32,632 nt of DNA from contig JAQBHB010000107.1 in the NCBI GenBank assembly GCA_032128115.1, forward strand, positions 1-32,632. The letters run 5' to 3'. This document shows, piece by piece, positions 26,101 through 32,632 of this stretch (position 1 is the first letter of the stretch; each line of letters starts with the position of its first letter). The DNA is from Deltaproteobacteria bacterium. Its GTDB lineage: Bacteria; Myxococcota_A; UBA9160; SMWR01. The notes beneath the pieces were generated by a model, which saw nothing but the letters and a program-made list of their open reading frames with translations, was not told the DNA's origin and ran no database searches. Both the position numbers and the translations under genes were made by a program.

Positions 26101-29100
26101 GACAGGTCGTCCCCGGCGATCACGAAGCGCTCGGACGCCGACCCCATGCGTGTGGAGTCGATCGCCAGGTCGCTCGACACCACCACGCGTCCCAACAGTG
26201 CGCCCGAACTGCGCAGCAGGATGTCGCCCGGGTCGCCGGCGCCCTCTGCCCCGCTACCGCCGGAAACGACCAGCGGGCCGTCGAGCACCAGGTCGCCGGT
26301 GTCGACGGACGACTCGACGGTTTCCAGGGTGATGTTCCCGCCATCTCCGCCCAGGTCGTCGCCGTTGCCCCCGGAGACGTCCACCAAGCCCACCGAGGCG
26401 TTTCCGTCCCCGAAGACGCTCACCACCAGCGAGCCGCCGTTGCCCCCATTGGAGCGGCGCTCCGGCGCGCCGTTGCCGGCTCCGCCGCGAGACACCACCT
26501 GTCCATCGAGCGTCACGTCGCCGACGAGGGTGGTATCGATGAAGAGGCTGCCGCCGTCGCCCGCGACCTCACCGTCGCCGCCGGAGGCATCCATGTCGCC
26601 GGCGCTCACCGAGCCCCGGGTCGCGCCCAGGCTGATGGCGCCGCCGCGGCCTCCCCGGAAGGCCCGGGCGTTGTTCTCCACGTCTTCGGGGGTGGGGCCG
26701 GTGGCGGTGCCACCGCGCGTGGTGAGGGTGCCGGTCACCATCACGTTACCGGCAACCGCATTGAGCCCGTCGTCGCTCACGTCGGGTGTGGGATCCTCGG
26801 ACCCGAGCGTCGTGAGTAGGATGTTTCCCGAGTCGCCTCCGGTCTTTCCCTGGCCGCCCCGGGTGTCGATGGAGGTGACCGTGATGGAGCCGACCGTGGC
26901 GCTGGCGGAGACGCCAATCGCCGTGGGGCCGAAGTTCGGGTCGTTGAAGACGCCGCCGTCGCCGGCGTTCCCGTCGATGCCCGAACCTCCGCGCACGATC
27001 AGGTCGTCGGCCACGTGGATGTTCGCTTCCTGCGCGGCCGTGCCCTCGCGCACCACGAAGTCCTCGAGCGGGTCTCCGTCGGGATCGGCCGGATTCGCCA
27101 CATCCGCAAGCACCGGCGCAACCGCTTCCAGGCCCACCGCCTCCATGGAGATGGCGGCGCCATCGCCGCCTCCCACCTGGCCGTCGCCACCGGAAGTGTT
27201 GACCGAGGCGCCCAGGTCGATGGAGCCCAGCGTAGTCGCGAGCTGGATGAAGCCGCCGTCGCCGCCGTCCCCGGTGTCGCCCTGGCCGCCCATGGCCAGC
27301 ACCTCGCCCGAGACGCTCAGATCGCCGCGAACGACCGCGACCGCGGGAGAGGTTTCCATGGGGTCGCCGGCCGCATCGGGCGCGAAGCTCGCGCCCGATG
27401 CCGGCGCGCCCGACGCGCTCAGCAGCACGAAGCCCGCGTCGCCGCCCGTCGCGCCGTTGCCCCCTGACGTGTCGAGCGATGTTCCGTCTTCGGCGGAGCC
27501 GATGTCGATGGATCCGTTCACGGCCAGCACCTGCACGGTTCCGCCCTGGCCGCCGTCCGCTTCGGGGTCTGTGGCATCGGCGCCGCTGGCGAGGATCGAA
27601 CCGGTCACGGTCACGTCTCCCGAGACCGCCGGAAGCTCGAGGCCCGTGTCGGCTTTGCGGCCCTGAGCGGCCAGCGCGATGTCGCCCGCGTCGCCGCCGC
27701 CTCGGGAGTCCACGGAACCGATTACGCTCGAACCGGCGAAGTTCGAGACGATGGCGGTGCCGCCCCCGGTCTCGATCCGGCCGACCCGCATCAGCGAGGT
27801 GACGCCTTGCCCCGCTCCGGTTCCCGCCTGGAACTGGATGGCGCCGCCCTGGGTGCGGAACGTCAGGTTCGTGCCATCGTCGCTGGTGGTGAGGTCGATG
27901 CCGCCGTCCTCGGTCGCATTCACGGTGCTCAGGGTGAGGCTCCGGTCGGGCATCAGGAGCACGTCGTCGTTGCCGAAATCGCCGCGCGCGGTGATGCTCC
28001 GGGACGCCTCGAGTTCCACGTTGGCGTCGCTGCTCTCCAGCTGCGACTCGAAGACCTCGAACGCCGAGTCCAGGGGCTCGTCGCCGAAGGCAACCTGCAG
28101 GTCGACCGGGCTCGCATCGCCAGCGACGGGCTCGCCGCCCACGATCTCGATGTCGGTGGGGTCGTAGAGCAGCGTTCCCGCCCGTCCGTGGCGGGCGCCG
28201 ACGTCCACCGCGCCTTCGGACACCAGGGCGTCGCCCGAGATCTCCACGAAGCCGCCGTCGCCGCCCGCTGCGCCGCCCCGGGCGCTGATCTCGCCGTACG
28301 ACCAGGTGGCTTCGTCGGAGCGGGCCACCACGCTGCCGCCGTTGCCCTGGGAGAGGGCGTCGGCGCGGATGCGCGCGTCGGGGCTGACGTAGCTGCGGCG
28401 GGCGTTGGGAAGCTCGCCGTTGCCGCGCACGTCGCCGCCGATCAGGATCTCTCCGCCGCCGGCGTCGCCCGACGCGTCGATCTCGGCGTCGAGAATCGCC
28501 ACGCGATCGCCGGTCACGTGGATGCTGCCGCCGGTGGCACCGGGGCGGGTATCGGAAGCGTCCAGGCTGCCCGCCACCTGCACCAGCCCGCCCGATCCGC
28601 CCGCGATGCGAAGGTTGCGCGCCCGGGAGGTCCCGGTGTGGTTGGCGGCCAGCGAATAGACATCGCCCGCGCCAAGCACGATCTCGCCATTGCCCGCGTC
28701 CAGGGTCCCCGTGTTCTGGACGGCCCAGTCGTTCGGGCTCGGATCGCTCGCCGGACCTTCCACGTGGATCAGGATGCGTCCGTCGATCGAACCGAGGAAG
28801 ACGTCCTCGCCCGCGACCATGGCGATCATGCCGTCCGGCGCCACGATACGGCCGTGGTTGGCCACCTTCTGGCCCACCAGGCTCACGCCATCCGCGTGGA
28901 TGGTGCCCCGGTTCTCCACCGTGCCGGCGAGGGCGGTGAAACGGTCGACGCCCGCCACGAAATCGGCGTTCGAGATCTGGCCGGCGCCCGCCACCAGGCG
29001 GCCCACGTCCACCACCGCGTTGCCGCCGAAGAAGATGCCGGAGGCGTTCAGGATGTAGACCTGCCCGTTGGCCAGCAGGTTGCCCTCGATCTTGGTGGGA

Positions 29101-29393
29101 TCGACGCCGAGCACCCGATTCAGGACCCGGGCGGCCTCGCTGGGCTGCAGGAACTGCAGGGTTTCACCGGACAGCACCGACAGGCGGTCCATCTCGATGA
29201 TGCTGCCGTCGCTGGCGGTGATGCGAACCAGGTCACCCAGGCGCTCGATGCTGACGTCGCCCGCCACCACGTTCTCGCCTTCGACCCCGGCGTGTGCCAC
29301 GGGGACTCCCGGCGGCGCGTACAGCAGGGCGGCGAGTGCGAGCCAGGCGGTGGTCTGGCGAGTGCGGCGTCGGATGGGGCGGGGGTTTCGCAT
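23193..29393 (-). CDS. TpsA-type filamentous haemagglutinin-like exoprotein (~2066 aa)
   Basis: Signal peptide ending AHA; TPS domain (FLQPS..RVLNRV.G.DPTKIEGNLLANGQVYILNASGIFFG); GGDGGFVEISG and GTLLYDP motifs; Gly-rich beta-helix repeats; gagga RBS before ATG 29393. Confidence 0.92.
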   Translation of the reverse strand: MRNPRPIRRRTRQTTAWLALAALLYAPPGVPVAHAGVEGENVVAGDVSIERLGDLVRITASDGSIIEMDRLSVLSGETLQFLQPSEAARVLNRVLGVDPTKIEGNLLANGQVYILNASGIFFGGNAVVDVGRLVAGAGQISNADFVAGVDRFTALAGTVENRGTIHADGVSLVGQKVANHGRIVAPDGMIAMVAGEDVFLGSIDGRILIHVEGPASDPSPNDWAVQNTGTLDAGNGEIVLGAGDVYSLAANHTGTSRARNLRIAGGSGGLVQVAGSLDASDTRPGATGGSIHVTGDRVAILDAEIDASGDAGGGEILIGGDVRGNGELPNARRSYVSPDARIRADALSQGNGGSVVARSDEATWSYGEISARGGAAGGDGGFVEISGDALVSEGAVDVGARHGRAGTLLYDPTDIEIVGGEPVAGDASPVDLQVAFGDEPLDSAFEVFESQLESSDANVELEASRSITARGDFGNDDVLLMPDRSLTLSTVNATEDGGIDLTTSDDGTNLTFRTQGGAIQFQAGTGAGQGVTSLMRVGRIETGGGTAIVSNFAGSSVIGSVDSRGGGDAGDIALAAQGRKADTGLELPAVSGDVTVTGSILASGADATDPEADGGQGGTVQVLAVNGSIDIGSAEDGTSLDTSGGNGATGGDAGFVLLSASGAPASGASFAPDAAGDPMETSPAVAVVRGDLSVSGEVLAMGGQGDTGDGGDGGFIQLATTLGSIDLGASVNTSGGDGQVGGGDGAAISMEAVGLEAVAPVLADVANPADPDGDPLEDFVVREGTAAQEANIHVADDLIVRGGSGIDGNAGDGGVFNDPNFGPTAIGVSASATVGSITVTSIDTRGGQGKTGGDSGNILLTTLGSEDPTPDVSDDGLNAVAGNVMVTGTLTTRGGTATGPTPEDVENNARAFRGGRGGAISLGATRGSVSAGDMDASGGDGEVAGDGGSLFIDTTLVGDVTLDGQVVSRGGAGNGAPERRSNGGNGGSLVVSVFGDGNASVGLVDVSGGNGDDLGGDGGNITLETVESSVDTGDLVLDGPLVVSGGSGAEGAGDPGDILLRSSGALLGRVVVSSDLAIDSTRMGSASERFVIAGDDLSTHTLQVVSAGDSAVDLGDASFGTLDWTQSDAGADVDVTLAGGGFIRAEGQPESGPVDPDAVDPDTPAHHTVSADTTAEPLFLAYKLENRVGELPAELSMGTLHLGGDADFANEGNLNIPTDSIHVTNQAQLELRADTDRDGFGSLVAVEGGPHIESDGDVRLDGVSIGEGNPLVIRGSGTADRLLDLIALGDVDVAVTDPGFATIVVSQFDSLASVDVVQGPEGARDEIHIGPAEASEGGHVIRDLRVDTTANAAGLIFRGLDGVLTPELLIPSGSVALGGNSGFSNLADITLGDDDGVAVEMHNGADLAFVTLGSLRDGAPATSTSPRIVMSADGTDAGGLILEAGGGVGEANDPIVVQGAGDLAGAAAGGDFYVANTGAAAGTGMRVTEIEHPDPGRGKVTGIASQGFVSLLETGAGSIFLAGALDEGESHVDAVSGIFLGGDVRVEDDAFLSSRAGGVEFASAVDAVSDGGASLSIDAPGAIRFGGAVGGSERLHDLDLTGLGKSELQVGLVRTSGSQTFGGGVSLTENTRFEAGEAVGFGRAVDGADLEVRVQAGDDVTFGGDVGADAPLKRLEVETPGNVVFSGAERVRADEAILLKLAGQEDVPAEATIYKRRGPLSFETSRFEVGEHEKISVGGSLSIDADVARFGDVSAGSLDVNAPVIQLLARRPGPAYTTGGDVITDGGLDIVANGLRFSTTPEIVDVDSVGTPVVTLATIDGEVAIPSLDGFGLHLINDEGTGVTVSNLSPNGTVVDLVFTGPEAVGDASGVIPRKQPAVTEWVPPRFGADAPVSNAEAPSADTVLAYLQCADLQGGSHDLERCLAPVAAGTSDLPTFDARALQTERARDAARLYRELLSTHPPVEAQRLAFDQALADYRRDQPFGEVDGASFYRYLESSRRYRETVVYVEQIAHLLTQLQLLDLDPTDQQKLREGVAGELVQALQPDGLSAQALLDVVGASRVGLP

Positions 29394-29406
29394 GATTCCT
29401 CGGCGT

Positions 29407-31392
29407 TCAGTAGAGCAGTGTTCCAACTACGTAGAATTCCATGTCGCCCACCTCCGTCTCGGGGTTCAAGCTGCCGCAGCATTCCGCGAGCGCGATGCCC
29501 AGGTCGAAGCGGAAGCTCAGGTTGCGCAGCACCTGGAGCTCGAGCCCCGAGCCCACGCTGGCCAGTGTTGCGTCGGGCTCGGATCCCAGGGCGTCGCTTG
29601 CGTGGACCCAGGCCACGTCAGTGAAGACCCGGAAGATCAGGTCCCAGTCGGCGGTTCCGTAGATCTGCTGCGGCCGGGTGCGGAAGCGCCCCATCACCGG
29701 CAGCTGGGGCGGCACCGGGTCGGGCCGGAAGCTTCGGGGCAGGTGGAAGCGGTACTCGGCGGACCCGATCAGCACCGTGTCGCCGGCGGCAGCCGATTGT
29801 TCGTAGCCGCGGACCGTGTAGAGGCCGCCGGCCACCTGCTGGAACTGGGGGATCAGCCGGTAGTTGAAGGCGTACTGGCCCCGGAACGAGAACGCGAGCT
29901 CGTGGGCCAGGGTGGAGCTCTCGGGTGTGCCGGGGTCTTCCCAGGCCGCGCGGTTCAGGAGCGGCTCGAGATAGGCCGAGTAGCTCGAATCCCAGCGCAG
30001 GATCACGAAGTCGTCGTCGGCGAACTGACGGCCCAGCTCGTCGAGTTCGAGGCCGCTTGCGGTGCCCGCGACGCCGCCGAGATTGCCGATCAGGTCCAGG
30101 CCCGCGCGCATGGCCGAGACATTGGTGTCCTTGCGGGCGACGACACCGATACTTGGAACGAAGAAGTTCGAGTCGCCGTCGGTTCCCAGGAAGCGGTTGG
30201 CAGCCTGCACGTTCTGCCAGCGCAGGCCCGTTTCCACGTCGATGAACAGCTCGCCGTCCTGGTAGAAGTTGTAGCTGAGCTCGGTTCCGGCGAACCACTC
30301 GTTGCCGGTGAAGCCCGGCAGGTCGAAGCCCACCTCCCGGGCGTCGTACGCGCTCCAGGCCCCGGAGAAGCCCCAGCGCAGCTCGGGCATCTGGAGCGTG
30401 AACGGCGCCTCGTAGGAGGCGATCACTCCGTTGACGGAATCGAAGTTGCCCGTCACGTAGTCGAAACGGAGCGAGTCGTCCCGGCCCATCAGCTGGTTGT
30501 GGGCGAACCCGAACTGCTGGCGCGACTTGGTGGTCGCACTGGTGCCGGTGTTCGAATACTGGAAGTAGGTGTAGAAGGGGTCGGCCTCGGCCACCCGGTA
30601 GGTCACGGCCGTGGTGCCCGGCTGGCGTCCGGGCGACAGCTCCGCGTCGACGCGGCGCCCCGGGCGGCGACTCAGCTTGAAGGCGTACTCGTTCAGCTCC
30701 CGGACCCGCAACAGGTCGCGATCCCCGCCCGGCTGCACGGGTGAAAGCGCCAGGATCCACTCGTGGGCCGGGTGGTCCGTGCGCTCGTCCACGGTCAGGT
30801 CGGCGAAGCGCTCGCCGTCCGCGAGGGTTGCGATGTCGGCGATGCGCCCGGTCCAGACCCGGATGCGAAGTTTCGTGTTGCCGGGCTCCCGCAGGTCGCG
30901 GCCGCTGCCCGCCTCGATGTCGGGCACCGTGATGAACACGCCGTCGATCCCGATGCGGCTGAAGCTCAGCACGATGAACCAGTTGATGTGCTGGAGGGCG
31001 CTGGGGTAGAAGCGCGCGTTTTCGGGGACGCCGCTCAGGGCCATGCGGTAGGTGCGGTCCACGGGGCGGGGCGCTACGAAGCCGTGCTCGGTGGGACGCA
31101 GGCCCACCTCCAGGTTGGCGATGTCGGTCAGGTCGATGTGAGCCGGGTGGTCCAGGGCGTACTCGAGCACGAATTCGCTCACCCGGTAGCTCTGGCGCTC
31201 GCGATCGAGCTGGAAGGCTTCGGCTGGCTGGGAGGCGAGCGCGAGCCCGGCGGCCAGTCCCGCGACCAGTCTGGTGGCCAGTCTGGCGGCCGGTCTGGCG
31301 GCGAGCAGGGCGCAAGCGGGGCTTCCCGGGAGCGCGTTTGCGACCTGGAGCGTGGCCCTAAGCCACCAATCTGCCAGTCTTTTTCCGGTCAT
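29407..31392 (-). CDS. TpsB (ShlB/FhaC/HecB family) outer-membrane transporter
   Basis: POTRA-like region (AELSPGRQPGT); NTGTSAT; GGLYTVRGY (VRGY motif); SVGSGLEL; terminal aromatic residue (GTLLY). Start uncertain. Confidence 0.9.
   Translation of the reverse strand: MTGKRLADWWLRATLQVANALPGSPACALLAARPAARLATRLVAGLAAGLALASQPAEAFQLDRERQSYRVSEFVLEYALDHPAHIDLTDIANLEVGLRPTEHGFVAPRPVDRTYRMALSGVPENARFYPSALQHINWFIVLSFSRIGIDGVFITVPDIEAGSGRDLREPGNTKLRIRVWTGRIADIATLADGERFADLTVDERTDHPAHEWILALSPVQPGGDRDLLRVRELNEYAFKLSRRPGRRVDAELSPGRQPGTTAVTYRVAEADPFYTYFQYSNTGTSATTKSRQQFGFAHNQLMGRDDSLRFDYVTGNFDSVNGVIASYEAPFTLQMPELRWGFSGAWSAYDAREVGFDLPGFTGNEWFAGTELSYNFYQDGELFIDVETGLRWQNVQAANRFLGTDGDSNFFVPSIGVVARKDTNVSAMRAGLDLIGNLGGVAGTASGLELDELGRQFADDDFVILRWDSSYSAYLEPLLNRAAWEDPGTPESSTLAHELAFSFRGQYAFNYRLIPQFQQVAGGLYTVRGYEQSAAAGDTVLIGSAEYRFHLPRSFRPDPVPPQLPVMGRFRTRPQQIYGTADWDLIFRVFTDVAWVHASDALGSEPDATLASVGSGLELQVLRNLSFRFDLGIALAECCGSLNPETEVGDMEFYVVGTLLY
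31241..31300. repeat. Five imperfect 12-bp tandem repeats in the TpsB signal region
   Basis: gcgagcccggcg / gccagtcccgcg / accagtctggtg / gccagtctggcg / gccggtctggcg, encoding ARPA-ARLA-TRLV-AGLA-AGLA. Confidence 0.7.
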
Positions 31393-31448
31393 CGTCACCC
31401 CGAGACAGCATTCTACTGAATTCCACGGTGGGGGTGGGGAAAAGGGCT

Positions 31449-32632
31449 TCATCGATAGTCGTGGCTCTCCGGGAGGCCCGAGAGGGGGGTCACGGGCCGG
31501 AGTTCGCGCACGCGCACGTGGACCACCCCATCCGTGTTCTGCACCGGGCCGGCGATCTCCAGGATCGGCGCCGTGTGCAGGGGGACGCGAAAGCGCCGGA
31601 ACACGCGAGGGGTCAGGATGGCGTTGGAGGTGCCCGTCTCGTCCTCCAGCGTGAGGAAGCAGAAACCCTTGGCGGTGCCCGGGCGCTGTTTGACGATCAC
31701 GTGTCCCGCCGTGCGCGCGAAGTGGCCATCGGGCACCCCTCGCAGCTGGGCCGCCGTCAGCACGCCACGCTCGCGAAGCTGCGGCCGCAGGTGGGTCAGG
31801 ATCTGGGGACCCGGGGTGAGGCCGCTGCGGCGGTAATCGGCCAGGGTGGCTTCCAGGGGCGACATCTCGGCCAGGGGGGACGTCTCCGGGGCCGGGGCGA
31901 CCCCGGCGAACAGGGAGCGCGGGTCGCGCTCCACGGCGGCAACTTGCCACAGGGCGGAGCGGCGGGTTCGGGTGGCGGGGTCGAGGCCGGCCAGGGCGCC
32001 CAGCTCGGCCAGGGCCTCGATCTCGTCGCGGCGCAGGGCCACGCGCCGGGCCAGATCGGCGCTGTCGGCGAACGGAGCGCGTTGGCGTTCGGCCTCGAGG
32101 GCTCGCGCCGTCTCGTCGCGCAGCCCGCCCACGCAGCGCAGACCCAGGCGCACGCTCCGGTCCCCCTCCAGGGTGCAGCGACGGTCCGAGTGCCGGACGT
32201 CGATGCGCCGCACCTCCACACCGTGGCGCTGGGCATCCTTGACCAGGGTGGCCGGGTTGTAGAAGCCCATGGGTTGGGCGTTGAGCAGGCCCGCCAGGAA
32301 GGCGGCCGGGTGGTGGGCCTTCAGGTAGGCCGAGGCGTAGGCGATCAGGGCGAACGACGCCGCGTGGGATTCCGGGAAGCCGTAGAGCGCAAAGGACGTG
32401 ATGCCGCGCAGGATCTCGTCCTGGGCCTCGTTCGTGATGCCGCGCGCGTCCATGCCGTCGCGCAGGCGCTGCGCGATGTCGTCCATGCGCTCGACCGAGC
32501 GCTTGAAGCCCATCGCGCGGCGCAGCTCCTCGGCCTGGCCGCCGGTGAAGCCCGCAGCGGTCATCGCCAAGCGCAGCAGCTGCTCTTGAAAGAGGGGCAC
32601 ACCGAGGGTGCGCTTGAGGATGGGCTCGAGCG
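31449..32632 (-). CDS. dnaE2: Error-prone DNA polymerase III alpha DnaE2/ImuC (3' part; starts beyond window)
   Basis: GVPLFQEQ; LRRAM; YGFPESHAASFA; LLNAQPMGFY; QRPGTAKG..TLEDETG; C-terminal SHDYR resembles the DnaE2 SRDFR/H tail. Confidence 0.93.
   Translation of the reverse strand, partial: LEPILKRTLGVPLFQEQLLRLAMTAAGFTGGQAEELRRAMGFKRSVERMDDIAQRLRDGMDARGITNEAQDEILRGITSFALYGFPESHAASFALIAYASAYLKAHHPAAFLAGLLNAQPMGFYNPATLVKDAQRHGVEVRRIDVRHSDRRCTLEGDRSVRLGLRCVGGLRDETARALEAERQRAPFADSADLARRVALRRDEIEALAELGALAGLDPATRTRRSALWQVAAVERDPRSLFAGVAPAPETSPLAEMSPLEATLADYRRSGLTPGPQILTHLRPQLRERGVLTAAQLRGVPDGHFARTAGHVIVKQRPGTAKGFCFLTLEDETGTSNAILTPRVFRRFRVPLHTAPILEIAGPVQNTDGVVHVRVRELRPVTPLSGLPESHDYR

Noticed and set aside
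29407..32632. dnaE2 and the TPS pair as a targeted diversification system
   Set aside because: Only adjacency supports it; tpsB has its own -10-like box, and no template/variable repeats or reverse transcriptase are present.

Overview
High-GC bacterial chromosomal segment, densely coding. A diderm host is indicated by the PEP-CTERM protein, the TPS system and a lipoprotein cytochrome; a Myxococcota/deltaproteobacterial affiliation is only an inference. It is mostly housekeeping, lipid and envelope genes: partial YyaL-like thioredoxin-domain gene, RlmI-type rRNA methyltransferase, acyl-CoA synthetase, DUF1499, enoyl-CoA hydratase, three GT-C (PMT/ArnT-like) membrane glycosyltransferases, alpha/beta hydrolase, Coq4-like protein, lipoprotein cytochrome c coupled to a formate/nitrite channel, putative outer-membrane barrel, PEP-CTERM protein, leuCD, an atypical tRNA-Pro(UGG), Yip1, a small basic protein, D-2-hydroxyacid dehydrogenase, transketolase, a two-partner secretion pair (TpsB plus a ~2066-aa TpsA) and the 3' part of dnaE2. 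No integrase, transposase or CRISPR array was found, and I cannot demonstrate a wholly new multi-gene system. The best leads are: (i) a cytoplasmic cytochrome c'-like protein whose CxxCH appears replaced by GNAWH; (ii) a non-CDI TPS with an unexplained helical C-terminal domain; (iii) recurrent leaderless promoters (GC-TAnnnT 12-15 nt before the ATG), plus a bidirectional promoter in a 29-bp gap; (iv) an atypical tRNA-Pro; (v) several short tandem duplications, including a 3x22-bp array in a divergent promoter. All family calls come from motif recognition by eye, not from database searches.
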